From Octopus sinensis (lineage: Eukaryota), in NCBI RefSeq assembly GCF_006345805.1, contig NC_042998.1, positions 37,262,001-37,326,000 on the forward strand: DNA of 64,000 nt. The letters are read 5' to 3'. This document shows positions 50,268 through 62,319 of this stretch, piece after piece. The notes beneath the pieces are model-generated. The model was not told the origin of the DNA and did no database searches. It worked only from the letters and a program-made list of their open reading frames with translations. The position numbers and the translations under genes are program-made. Each line of letters opens with the position of its first letter. Position 1 is the first letter of the stretch.

Positions 50268-50309
50268 ATACTAGTCTAGATTCGCTTGAAAATTGCAAGC
50301 TCATCAGTA
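50268..50309 (-). ncRNA. Hammerhead ribozyme interrupted by a 5-nt insertion
   Basis: Seen on minus: CTA-CTGATGA-GCTTG CAATTTT CAAGC-GAA[TCTAG]A-CTAG-TA-TAG. The core and stem II are intact, and GAAA is split by a local duplication. Confidence 0.6.
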
Positions 50310-51099
50310 GTAACTATTTCATCATTGGATGTTTTGGCTAAATCTGACTGTATATATATACATACTATATGAATCTATGGCTGATTCAGCAAAATTGTTA
50401 ATGTGAAAATTATGAAATAACGAAGTCAACTATACGAAATATATTGCGTACAGCTACCTTGTATCTTATATATATATGTATACGTACACACATATACCTA
50501 TTCGTTCAATAGGCTTAACGTCTCTGAGTCGCTGAGGAAGTCGTTTAAGTGACAGAAAGCTAGATTTTTCAGCTTAGATATGAATTGTCTGGTTAACTCA
50601 GCGCGCTAAGAATCCGCCATTCTTTTCTTACACTGTTTTCGTTTAGAATAGAATTTTCTTCTTTAATTTTTTTTTACTTTTAGATTAATTTGATAAAAAT
50701 ATATTTCACTAAAATGCCCACAAATTATGATAGCTTGGATTTTAATATTAATTATTTTTTAATTATATAATAAATATTATTTTTACATAAAAATACACAT
50801 CCTATCGTGACAAAAAATACTTTCCTTCAATCGCTGCCAAAGATCAGATTCATTCTCCTCTTGCATGACACCACTTAATCTTTCGCAAATTGATATTTCG
50901 TGAGTTTTCCAGCTCTCCCTACCAGACAGGAAATTTCTTTAAAATTCTTCGCTCTTCGTCTCAATTCATTCATAATTTCAAGTAATTAAAAATTAATTGT
51001 CAGTTAATGGATTATATAGGGCACGCTAAATTTGACCCTATTAAAATAATCTATACACAGATAGGAATTTTGTACAGCCTATAGAACGCACTGGCAATA

Positions 51100-51159
<60 letters not shown>

Positions 51160-51160
<1 letters not shown>

Positions 51161-51365
51161 CATCGTCAATCCAAAGAAGAACGAGCAAGAAAAACAACAA
51201 CGTGAGGACGTGGAATAAGTACAGTGTTATTGCACGCTCGGGAAAGGAAAGAAAAGAAAGAGGATTTCACGTTTCGAGCGGAGCGCTTCCTCAGAAATAT
51301 AGAAAAAGTCCCAAGAATGGAACACGGAGAAAGAAAATTGCCAATGATACACGCGCGACATATAT
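51160..51365 (-). mobile_element. Short Penelope-derived repeat next to (TA)n with a minimal hammerhead motif (51264-51298)
   Basis: Seen: homologous to 21988-22190. The minus strand reads ATTT-CTGAGGA-A-GCGC TCC GCTC-GAA ACGT G-AAAT (H17 is G). Confidence 0.65.
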
Positions 51366-51463
51366 ATATATAATAAGTGTAGATCGTATACGAGTGGGTA
51401 TATATTTATAAAAAAGAAGTTTGAAAACGCCACTATATAAGATAAATTTTAATTTTCTTAGAA

Positions 51464-51511
51464 ATTTTACATGTTTCGGTTCTTCTTGAAACGACGAACC
51501 TTATCAAAAAT
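51464..51511 (-). ncRNA. Decayed hammerhead ribozyme (second family)
   Basis: Seen on minus: ATTT-TTGATAA-GGTTC...GAACC-GAAA-CATG-TA-AAAT. Stems I and II and the palindromic stem III are intact; the core carries 2 changes. Confidence 0.6.
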
Positions 51512-52169
51512 ATTTTTAAAAGTTAAGTGTAAGAAAAAAGTTCATAATTGTTTCTTCCTGGTCTCAACAGAATCCACGTTGATGTTTTTAGCTCTCTTAT
51601 GCGTCCGAATGACCAGCGGCTGAAATGGCAGTAGCAGCAGTGACAGTTGGTCGTAGTAGTAGTAGTAACCGTGGTGGTGGTTGGGGTTGCAGCAGCTCAT
51701 TGGTTGTAGTAGCTTAGCTGTGGCAGTAGCAGCAGCAGTAGTGGGGGACTGTTGATCATAGTAGAAATAGTAGTGACCATGGTGGTTGTAGTAGTAGTGA
51801 TAGTAGTAACAGTCGTGGTGATCGTGGTGGTTGTGGTAGAATTTCATTTTTCTTTTCGGAAGACCAATGTATTGTTTTAATATTACTGGCCCAGGGTGTT
51901 CAAACTTGATCCGAATTTTCTTATGAAATAAAGTTCTTTATTTTGTCGTTGAGTGAAGGTTACGCTGTCACTGAATTTGTAAAGTGGGCAAGTTGTGAAT
52001 TTTGGATTTTTATTTGAAGCACATCTATATATGTGTCCGCTGACTGGTATTTTCCTGTATTTATATATGTACGAGTATTTTCCTGTATACATATATACGT
52101 ATATATATATATATGTACGAGTGTGTGTGTGTGTGTGTGTGCATTTTTAAGTTATAATTCTTTCTACTA

Positions 52170-52350
52170 TAGATAAAGGCGTGTGAAATTTGGGGGGAAT
52201 TGTCTAGTCGATTACATTGACGGAAGTTCTCAACTGGTGTTATTTTGTCGAAAGCATAAGAAAAGAAGGCAAAGTCAATTCAGCGTGATTCTAACTCGGA
52301 AGCAAAACCGGAAGAATTTGGTCCGGCGTGCTGCAGATTTTGCCAGATCA
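52170..52350 (-). mobile_element. SINE family B, degenerate
   Basis: Seen: GAAATTTGGGGGGAATTGTCTAGTCGATTACATTGAC...AGGCAAAGTCAATTCAGCG. Confidence 0.65.
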
Positions 52351-52850
52351 TTACTTTTTAAAGTTCTAATATAAACTTCTATGTTTTAAAATGATTGCTA
52401 AATTCTTAATGTAGAACACAATCTTTTAACGCGATGATTATTTTCAGTGATTTCAATGTTTTGGTGTGTGATAACCTCGTGTTCATCTTGGCTTTATATA
52501 GTCTGCGGTAAGTTAATTTGTGGTGGGGATTGGCTGAGGATTGAACTTTGCTGAATGAGGGTCAGGTTGATAAGTAGGCTGTCAGGGAAGATTTTGATAA
52601 AATTTAGAATTGTTTTATTCTTCGAAATTTATCATGCATGCAGCATTTGGTGTGTCTATATATGTGTGCTATTTTCAGTCATGCTTTTATTTTTTTAGGG
52701 GTTCACAAAAGAATGGAGATTGCTTGAGTAAGTTTGTTGGTCAACAGACACGTTACTAGATTTCGACAATTCGAAATCACTGTCATTCGTATTCTTCCTT
52801 TATATACAACATTTATAAATATATAAAGTATATTAATACCCATGAGACAT

Positions 52851-53530
52851 AATAATGTTAGTGGCCGGAAACTAAAGACCGTATAAGCAACATTAGTAGA
52901 TATATATATAAGAATTTTATATAAAAAGGGCGCTATGAATCCCCAGCTTTGCTAAAAATAGGAGTCACAAACACTCCGAAGCGGCAACACTAGCACTAGA
53001 TTTTAACAGGCATGGTTGGAAAAAGAAAAAAAAAACTAAGTGAACATGGATTGCGTCTTACCTCTGCAAAATTGCAAGAAGGTATGCCAGTTAACCTGGT
53101 ATCATGATTTCGAATTTAGCGCTAACAGCATTTGGTTCTCTTCAGCCTCGTCTACTTAAACCTATATATCACTTCAACCAATGCCTGCTTTCATTTCAGT
53201 GTCCAAGCCGCATTGAGAAGACGAACTAGCTGAATAGAATGTTTAAATCAATAAAGAACATTAACACTCACTAGACACAATAATGTTAGTGGCCGCAAGC
53301 TAAAAGCTGCATCGGCAAAATTAATAGATATATATAAGAATCATATATAACAAGGGCGCTATGTAGCAGCAGCGTTGCTAAAAATAAGAGTAAAAAATAC
53401 AGGGAAATCACAAAAATTAACACTAGATTTCTACAGCCGCATTCTAAAAAAACATTAATACACATATCGCCCTTGCTATATATAATTCTCATAAATATAT
53501 CTATTAATCTTGTCTATACGGTTTTTAGAA
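52851..53530. repeat. Two diverged ~170-bp direct repeats (52851, 53279) plus an inverted partial copy (53468-53530)
   Basis: Seen: AATAATGTTAGTGGCCG...TAGATATATAT...AAGGGCGCTATG...TTGCTAAAAATA...CACTAGATTT twice, 428 bp apart. The reverse complement of 53468-53530 aligns to the middle of the unit. Confidence 0.8.
53098..53147 (-). ncRNA. Hammerhead ribozyme with intact catalytic core and weak stem I
   Basis: Seen on minus: GG-CTGAAGA-GAA...(21 nt)...TTC-GAAA-TCATGA-TA-CC. Stem III forms the perfect palindrome ATCATGAT. It lies between the direct repeats. Confidence 0.6.
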
Positions 53531-53659
53531 TATCTTTTCATAATAACTCTTAATCATGTTGTTATGCACTGCAAGCAATTAAAGGAGCCCTAAGCAGAAG
53601 CAATTTGCTGTCTTTTGTCATTGAGTTCTTGCCGAAGGGGTTTTGGACACTCTCTACCA

Positions 53660-54250
53660 TTCACACAGAGTTATAGGAAATTTAGAGTGATTATACAAAT
53701 GTCAAGAACCATGTGCAGGGACTTCATTCAACTATACACATATTATAGTTGTTGCTGGTGTCATCAAGGTTAAATGCAACAAAACTGTATGAAAGACAAT
53801 CCACGCGATGGGAAATCACAGGCTGCGAACCCTGACACAAATTGTAAGCGATTCGTGCGGACGAATTGATTTTTGCAAACAGACGAGTCACAGTCCACGA
53901 ATGTGGTGCGGAATTTGCTCACGTTGGGACTTTAGGTATCAGCAAGCCGATGCCCTGGCAGTAATCTTCATATTTGCATGAGATAAGTGTGGAAGTATAT
54001 TTTGATTTTCTAAGATACTGCAAGCGATTGAGGCCAAAGAAAACAAGATGTTCTTTTGTGTTGCGATCTCATTCCACGGGATGAAAGATGGACGTGTCAT
54101 GATGATTCTGAATTAAAAGCTTTGTTCATCGACTGACATCTTCACCAAGCTGAAGAAGTACAAGAGCCATTGTCGCTCTCAATCTTATGCTATAGATGCA
54201 AATAATGTGCCTGTTTTGACGAAGAGACAGCATTATAAGTTTGTCACTGC
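53660..54250 (+). mobile_element. Heavily decayed mariner transposase remnant
   Basis: Seen across stops and frameshifts: KDNPRDGK (D..R.GRP-like), DELIFANRRVTV, and RDERWTCHDDSELK (GDETW..Y.PE.K-like). Confidence 0.55.
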
Positions 54251-55849
54251 TGACTAATGCCAACTCCCTTTGATACTGCGTTTCCTTCTACTTAAAAAAA
54301 TTACTTTTGTTATCGATAAATATTTGGGGATGCTATTGCTTATGCCTTGCATTATTTTGAAAGTGATTTGGTGAGACTCTGCAATCATATAATGATTTCG
54401 GTGCATTTTCTCCCTATTTTGAATACTCGTCAATATACAGATCTTTGTTAAACGTAGACAAATAATTTCAAGAAAGCAAGCAATCAAATTTCATATATGT
54501 CCAATTCAAATAGACGCCGTCTTTCCTATCATACTTTACGTTAACATAATTCATTTGCTCTTAATCAAATCGAATCTAAAGTTTTCTCAAGTTTTGTAAG
54601 AGTTGAGAAAGACGCAAGTCCGTGAATGACACCTGTTTTTACAAAGACATTAGGGCGAATATCAGTTACATTATAAATAGGTGAGTGGCACTTTCCCTAT
54701 GAGTTTCAGGAAAGGGCAGCCCTTCCTCATTAACGGGAATGGATTCAAAACTTCGCTAGTAAGAACATAGATTGTATGCAGACCCCGAATTAGATGTTAA
54801 GTTTGAAATTTCACAAAATTCTAAATCATTAATGGACACATTAAACATTCTACAATAATGGAATATAACCAGAATATTAATCTCTATACATACTGCGTAA
54901 TAATTTATTAAATATTCAACTTCTATCTGGAATAAACGCATATATTTTATTCTCTGGCCTTCAAATGAATAACTAATCAAGTCTCTTAAAGTAAATTTCA
55001 GCATATAACAAGGTTTCAATAATATCCTGGGTATTTACAAACAAATAAAAAATAACTCTTTTCGATGCGTGTAAAAACAAGCTTCACCATTAGTTGCCCT
55101 AATAATAATTTCTATTCCCAGTGTGTTAACATATCTTTGGATGGGTTGATCATTTGAACGATTTTAAGAGACAACTAATGCTGTTTGCAACACCTGTTCA
55201 TATGTTTTTATTCTTTATTTATTTGATTTTCAGGAAGGCTGTTTTAACAATAAGGCCAATTGAATATTAAAAAAAAAACAAACAGCTGTGCTATTGCCAG
55301 TTTAAATATCAAAACACTAAGTATACTTTAAAATAGTGGAACAGCCAATCCTATGACAATTACTTCTTAAACGATTCATCAAATTTTATTTAGCTTTGTA
55401 TTAAAATGTGTTTTCCATTAAAGCGTTTTATTGATTTATGTTATAGAGAGGATCGGGGCTTCGTGCACAGCTTGTATCCGAGTTAAAAGACTTGGCATCT
55501 CTAAATATAATAATTTCATCGCTTTATGAATGCAAACAGCGAAAGAAGGGTTACATTTCTGAAATGCAGAGGCATATAATTAATCAGTTGCTATTCCCCG
55601 ACATACACATATCTAAATACATGTGCATTAATGGGTATAATTATTGATTTAAATGATGCTTCAAGAGAAAGAGGAGAAAAAATTATATCAACACAATTCT
55701 TTTTGGTACATTATTCTATTGATTGAGGCTTAGAAGGGACAACAGAATATGAGCGCGTGACGTTTATGCCTTTCCGTCTGTAGAATATTGGTTTCGACTA
55801 TTCTAGAGAATGTCGCTAAGCATTTAGCCCGGGGGAGGTGGCTAACGAT

Positions 55850-56060
55850 TCTCCTTTCTGTTATAGGCAAAAGGGCTGAAATTTGATGAGAGGGGCCAGT
55901 CGATTAGATCGACCCCAGTACGCAACTGGTACTTAATCCATCGGCCCCGAAAGGGTGAAAGGCAAAGTCGACCTCGGCGGAATTTGAACACGGAACGTAG
56001 CAGCAGACGAAATACCTCTAAGCATTTCGAGGTGCTAACGATTCTGCCAACTCGCCGCTC
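55850..56060 (-). mobile_element. SINE family B
   Basis: Seen: GTGAAAGGCAAAGTCGACCTCGGCGGAATTTGAAC...GCTAACGATTCTGCCAACTCGCCGC. Confidence 0.88.
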
Positions 56061-56276
56061 TCCTTCTCTAAGATATCAAGAAGTGAATTATCAAAACATA
56101 AATCCAATACGAATCTCGCATCCATGTCTACTTCTGTGTGAAGGCGTTTATGACATTAACGGTTAACAAACAATGGGTAAAGAAAAAAGAATTGCTTCAA
56201 TTAAAATCGATTCCAAAGATGAAACAGGAGAAAAACAGTTCTGCTAATATTGAAACTAATTAACGGTATCCGGAGA

Positions 56277-56873
56277 TCAATTCCTTGCAGACTGAATCGG
56301 TCGCAATATTACAAGAATACTGTAGATTACACTGGTCAGAATGAGGAATTTCTCTCTTATTTCTTCTGGCATCGAATTAATCCGGCATAAGTGACGCTTA
56401 TTGAGGTATTCCAGTTCTTGATAGAAAACCTTATCTTCGTAACTGTTACATTTCTCCGTCAGTTCCTCAATCTGAGACACGTAGGCAGAGAGATTATCCA
56501 AAGATTGTTTGCAATAATCAGCCACTTGTTGTAACTTAGAATACGATTCTTCCGAAGTTAAACAGCCAGTATCTTTGAACGTCCGCAATTCCCGAGAAAT
56601 AAACGTCACCCAGGTTCTAATTAATGAGTTGTGGGCTTCAAGGTTCTGAAGAATTGATTTTAACTGTACATATTTTGTTATAATCTCATTGGAGACAAAA
56701 TCAATAGGGTGAGAGAGGCCCGAGTCGATTGTGCCGATGTTGTAACAAGCAATGTCTTCTAATTCCTCTATTTCACGGGGGAAACTCTGACAAATTAGGA
56801 TCTCGGCGTCTTTGATGGCTCTCCGACTGATATTGGTAATTAAAGAACATTTTAGGGAAACCCGCGTGTTCAT
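56277..56873 (-). CDS. PSME3: Divergent single-exon proteasome activator PA28/REG family protein (PSME3-like), 198 aa; probable retrogene
   Basis: Seen: uninterrupted ATG-to-TGA ORF. By-eye colinear match to human PA28gamma as recalled: RRAIKDAEILICQSFPREIEELE vs ERITSEAEDLVANFFPKKLLELD; VSNEII..YVQLK vs SNQQLVDIIEKVK; IRTWVTFI vs VKMWVQLL; G...EE...KLQQV......LDNLSAY vs GVSIQEETVAELRTVESEAASYLDQISRY; EIREKFLILTSVI...ILRP vs ELRNQYVTLHDMI...IKRP. The symbol denotes the family, not proven orthology. Confidence 0.75.
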   Translation of the reverse strand: MNTRVSLKCSLITNISRRAIKDAEILICQSFPREIEELEDIACYNIGTIDSGLSHPIDFVSNEIITKYVQLKSILQNLEAHNSLIRTWVTFISRELRTFKDTGCLTSEESYSKLQQVADYCKQSLDNLSAYVSQIEELTEKCNSYEDKVFYQELEYLNKRHLCRINSMPEEIREKFLILTSVIYSILVILRPIQSARN

Positions 56874-57084
56874 GATTCCTTGCTAAAGTATGATGACGCC
56901 GATTCCAAAAGATTCTCTCAAGCTAGAACCGACCAACCGCTGTTGCTTCTACAAAAATTTATAATGGATTCATCATTAAAATAATGAAACATTCCAAGCA
57001 ATAATTAGAATATTTCTAAAGACTGAAACGTTATCGAATTTTCTAATATTCAAATGTTATTCTTTTAACACAAATTTCTTTAAT

Positions 57085-57240
57085 TTTGGTTTCAAATTTT
57101 GGCAGAAGGTCAGCAATTTGGTGGGAGGGGATAAGTCGACTACATAGACCCCGGTGGTCGACTGGTACTTATCTCTTTGACCCCGAAAGGATGAAAGGCA
57201 AAGTTAACCTCGGCGGAATTTGAACTCAGAACGTGCAGAC
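57085..57240 (-). mobile_element. SINE family B, 5'-truncated
   Basis: Seen: GACCCCGAAAGGATGAAAGGCAAAGTTAACCTCGGCGGAATTTGAACTCAGAACG. Confidence 0.85.
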
Positions 57241-57257
57241 GGGCCAAAAGTTAAAGA

Positions 57258-57299
<42 letters not shown>

Positions 57300-57321
57300 G
57301 TATATATGTATATATATATAA

Positions 57322-57425
57322 GCGTAGGCGTGGCTGTATGATCAGAAGCTTGCTTCCCAACCACATGACACTGGGTTCAGTCCCTCTACATACCACCTTG
57401 GGAAAGTGTCTCCTACTGTAGCCTC
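57322..57425 (+). mobile_element. SINE family A, head only
   Basis: Seen: GCGTAGGCGTGGCTGTATG...GGGTTCAGTCCCTCTACATACCACCTTGGGAAAGTGTCT. Confidence 0.8.
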
Positions 57426-58315
57426 TAAATGTGTTTTATGTGTGGTGTGTCTGTGTGTGTTGGTGTCTGTGCACGTGCGTCCGCACGCGCGTTTGTGCGT
57501 GTGTGTGCGCGCCCACGCTTTTATGTCTATGTTTATATATTGCATGTCGATCTGAAAGCTTCACCAAAAAGTGATAGCGAACTAATCTCGTATTTATAGA
57601 TCGATATCGTTTTGTTTTCGTTTGTGTACAATGATTTGATATATGATGAGGAAGATAAGGTTAGCAAATAAAACACACACACACTCACACAGACAAACAA
57701 ACAAACAAGAATATTAATATGTGGGTAGATGCTGGACTTCTGTTTCAAGAGATATATTCCCAAATGTTATTTGTGAACAATGATTCACTTTTTTTTTCTA
57801 AACGCGGTTTAGTGTGGGGATCAAGTTTATGTTAAAAATAGTTCAAGAGATCCCCATTATGTAGTTTGAAAGCTGCATGAAACAAATTTCAAGGCTATGT
57901 GAGGCGCTTCTTTCGCAACGGAACTTCGATGTTACATCCAATTTATATTATTTATAGATATACAGTGGGTTAAAAAAAAATACTGCGCTTGACTATTGAG
58001 TCGACCATAAATTCATGACTAATATAATATCTAAATTTTGTATGTCTTATCACAATTGTTAAAATATTTAGTTACATCAGTCAAATGTATTTCAGATAAA
58101 CAGAGATTATTCAGTTTGTTTCGCTATAGCTGAATCATTCCCATCTTCTAATTTCAAAAATGCACATCATTAATTATCGACAACTATTCCTTTAAATATA
58201 GAAAATCATGTTTTAGATTCATCGATATTCTTATCTGTAATCCTTTCGACATATTCAAAAAGCATTCATTATGCAGAGAAGTGTTCGTAGTGAAGCATAT
58301 ATTCACTTTTACACT

Positions 58316-58531
58316 TTTACTTGTTTCAGTCATTTGAATGTGGCTATGCTGGAGCACCGCCTTTAGTCGAGCAAATCGACCCCAGGACTTATTTTTTGTA
58401 AGTCTAGTACTTATTATATCGTTCTCTCTTACCGAACCGTTAATTTACGGAGACGTAAACACACCGGCAACGGTTGTCAATCGATGTTGGGGGGACGAAC
58501 ACAGACACAGACACACACACACACACACACT

Positions 58532-58566
<35 letters not shown>

Positions 58567-58720
58567 GCATATACATATATACGACGGGATTCTTTCAGTT
58601 TCCGTCTACCAAATCTACTCACAAGGCTTTAGTCGGCCCGAGACTATAGTAGAAGATACTTGCCCAAGGTGCCACGCAGTGGGACTGAGCTCGGAACCAT
58701 GTGGTTGATATGCAAGCTAC
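58316..58720 (-). mobile_element. SINE family A lacking the first ~25 nt of its head
   Basis: Seen: an otherwise complete copy. On +, GCAAGCTAC (58712-58720) is followed by ATTATTTC instead of the TTACCACACAGCCACTCCTGCGCC seen in intact copies. Confidence 0.9.
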
Positions 58721-58974
58721 ATTATTTCATAAATATTTGTCATGAAGGCATTACAAAGAGCGGACGAACAAGAACACAGACATTAAAGGGTGAAGTAGCT
58801 GTAGCGATTAAATATTTACAATTTAAAATATACAATGATTTAATAAATATGCTTATAACTTTTGACTTAATCGTTGCTCATTACAAATGAAATTTGTAAT
58901 GGCTTCTCTGAAGGATAGGCATCCGACCACCAGGGTAGACCCCTTGCTTTTTCTTTCCTGTTTTTGGCTTCCAC

Positions 58975-61900
58975 TTACCTGGTGCCAAACACTCCCAGCT
59001 TCCTCGCCACAGGCTTCCATCTTCTCATGAATCTGTCTCGTGACAGGTATCTTTTCTCCAGCCTGATCTTATTACTGAGGTGGTAACTAAAAAAGTTAAC
59101 CAACCCCTGGCCGGATACAAAGGTACCCGACACTATGTCTCTCACACGCGTCTTCCATATTGTTTCTTTCAGTATGGCTACTATGCAGAAAATGCAAGCC
59201 TTCCTTTCCCTGTTAAGGGCACGAGGCGGCACAATCTCGATGATAGACTCAGCCGATAGCTGTACTCTTCCCATTGATGACAACAGTTGCTCTGCGAAAA
59301 CTATCAGTCTCGTTAATTCCGGACATTCCCCAAATGCGTGCAAGACGGTTTCCCTCTCCCGCCCGCACCTCGGACATGTCGGCACTTCCGTGCCTTGACA
59401 GTTTATCACGAACAGGTAACGCCGCACGGAAGCACTGTCAAGCCAGAGATTTCTGGTAATTGTCCAGATACCCTGGCCCGAAAGTTCTCCGGATTGATTA
59501 ACTGATCTTCATCGTAGCCCAGTGTCTCCCCCAAGGCGTCTTCGGACTTAACCTCCATTAACCCGCTATAGAAATCCGCGGTGCAACTCTTGTTGCCGGC
59601 ATTGCCCGCCTAAGAGAGTAGCTGAAGTGCCTGGCGGCACTCCAATTGCCATTCCCCAGCCTAGGTCTCTGCTTGATCCAATTGCCAATGTCCGTTAAGG
59701 ACGTTAATTGCGGAAGGTAGAACCGAACGTGCGGTGACCACACCTGCACCCATCCAGGTGAAGCCAGAGGTGCCTCAACCTTAACGCAAATTTTCGCATC
59801 CTCAGCCAAGGCATCCCTAGCCCACCCTTTAGCGGTTGCTGGCAGCAGACAGAGCGTTTCACGAGTGGCTTTCTTCCCTTCCACAAAAAGTGGAAAATGA
59901 TTCTCTCCAACTTGTTCAGCCACAAATCGGGGCAAAGCACCACGGTCAGACGGTAGGTGATAACTGATGCTATAATCATCTGCATCACCTCCGCCTTTCC
60001 TAACAAGGATAAGGCCCTCCCAGACCAGGTCTGGGTTAGAGCAGTCACGTTGCTGGCCACCTCACACCGATTTTTCTCTATCTAAACGTCTGGCCCGAAC
60101 CAGACTTCGAGCAGCTAAACAGGACCTTTCTTCCAACGCCCCACGAAGTTATTGGACGGCATCGGCTTGCCCCTCCAGGTGCCGAGCTGCAAACCAATTC
60201 GCTTGTCCTTGTTAACTTTTGCTCCTGCCACCGCCTCGTAACTTTTGATAAACTTTTCCACCACTAGAACCTGGCTCTCCTCCGCCACGATGATGGAGAT
60301 GTCATCCGCATACGCCGTAGCTCCTCTTCCACACAATAGATCATGCGGTACGCACCCTAGTGCCTCCAACTTCCATAATAATGACTTGAAAGCCAGTACA
60401 TACAAAAGCGGGGACAGGGAACACCCCTGACACACTTTCGAAAGGAAACCATTCACTTTTACGACGGACTCGATATCGCAGTACAGCGCAGCAATCCAAC
60501 CGGGCCCAGGCCATCCTTCTCGAGGACCGCCGCCAAGTACCGATGGTCGACCCTATCGAAAGCCTTAGACTGGTCTAAATATACCAGTGTCCACCCTCTG
60601 CGCCAGAAAGCTTCCCCACCCTCTCTAAGGAGTAGCGTATAAGGTGGAGATTGTCGTGGATCGTCCTGCCCGGGATAGCGCACGTTTGCTCTTCCCCGAC
60701 AAGTTAGTCCATGACCCGCGCCAACCTTGGCCAAAATCTTTAACTCTGTGTTCAGCTGAGTTATGGGTCTGAAGTGCCCTATCTCGTCCCCCTTGCTCGG
60801 GTCCTTCACCACCCCACGGCTCGCAGACTTGAGAATTCTCCCATTCTGCTGCCAATTGGCGTATACGCTGGCCAGCAGGTGTACGAACAAGTCTGGTATA
60901 GCTTTGTAAAATTCATAAGACAGAGCATCGAGATCCGGCGACTTCTCCCCGTAGCATTCGACCAGTACCTCGATTACCTCCTCTACCGTGATTGGCCCTT
61001 CACAGCACTCAGGCTCTCGTGCCGAGAGACGCGGGCCGCCAGACAGGAAGTCCCTAAGGGCCTCGCCATGATCCAGCGCCCCACCACTCCCAAACAACTC
61101 GACAAAGTGCTTGTGAATCGCCTCACACATCTCGTCCCGTCCATCGACCGAACTCCCATTGTCATCCACGAGAGACCTAATTGTGGCATCATTTCCACGC
61201 TGGGTTTCTACTGTACATCCGGCAACATTAATTCCCTCACAGCCTAATGCGCGCGCTTTAGCCCGAACTCTGCACCCCTCATGTATGGCTTTGAGGTGAC
61301 GGTCCAAGGCCGTTCTCGCTGCCAAAATGTGATATGCAGAGCCCAATCTCAACGCTTCCTGTAGGTCCTTAACTAGTTGCCCTTCTATTCTGGCCTTATC
61401 TAGTCTTAGCTGACGGCTAAACCTAATAGACTCAAAACGAATGGCTCTCTTCAGGGCGAACTACCATCAGTTATTAACCACCGTTCCGGTTAACACCCTC
61501 TGTACTAATTCCTCAATCAGGCTACGGTATGCCTCGCAAGTCAAAATAGACTTGTTCAGCTTCCAGTAGCCGTATCCTCTCTTAACTGTACTATGTCCAG
61601 TCTACACTTAACCATTCTATGGTCAGTGTATGTTTTTTGGACAAGCTGTGGACAGCTAAAACTAGACTTATCTTCAGTTCTCATCACTATCCTATCTAAA
61701 TAGGACTTGAACCTTTGGTCGCCACTCATACAGGTCCACTCTGGGACGTTCGGATGGTGAAGTCTGTAACGATCTGCCTGCTGAAACCGCTTGAACAGAT
61801 CAACGAGACGTGAGTTTACTTTCCTATAGATCGAGCCAACGCTATCGATGCGCGCATCAACAATAGCGTTATAGTCACCTAACACCACTAATGTCTTCGA

Positions 61901-62288
61901 CGTCACAAGAAAGTTCTCTAGGCGCCGATAAAAAATCAGTTTGAAATCCTCTAGTACAAGATACATAGATCCCGACCAACCTGAAGGCCTTCCTGCTGTA
62001 TGTCACATTAAGGATGACCAGCCCACCTTCTGGGTCTACATAGACTATACTTGTCTGCAGAGCCAAGCCTTTTCGAAACAGTACTACTACACCCCCCCCC
62101 CGGCTAGTAGACATGGTTTTCTCATTGTCATTCAGGAGGGGCGAGAAGGCTTGTAGACTGTCAAGCTTGGTCTATGTAGCAACCATCACATGCATATCGT
62201 GTGATCTGAGGTCGTCGAGGAAACAAGCTTGCTTCCACTTCGAGCTCAGACCACGCACATTCAAACACCCAAGGTTAAGTGCAGTCAT
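58975..62288 (-). pseudogene. Tx1 ORF2 (AP endonuclease + reverse transcriptase + C-terminal Cys/His knuckle), multiple frameshifts and stops
   Basis: Seen: MTALNLGCLNVRGL, LGDYNA, SYLDR, TDH (APE); PDLDALSYEFY, RPITQLNTELKILAK, LDQSKAFDRVDH, QGCSLSPLLY, AYADDISII (RT); CPRCG...TVLHAFGECP. Confidence 0.93.
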
Positions 62289-62319
62289 TTAAAACAAAAG
62301 AAAAGCAAGGGTTCTACTT

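Noticed and set aside
50526-50566. CTGAGGA-A-GTC..GAC-A-GAAA-GCT-A hammerhead candidate on +
   Set aside because: The core words and a palindromic AGCT are present, but stems I and II both need bulges next to the core. Too weak to count.
52755-52800. Half hammerhead on minus (GAC..GTC-GAAA-TCTAG-TA)
   Set aside because: No recognisable CTGANGA.
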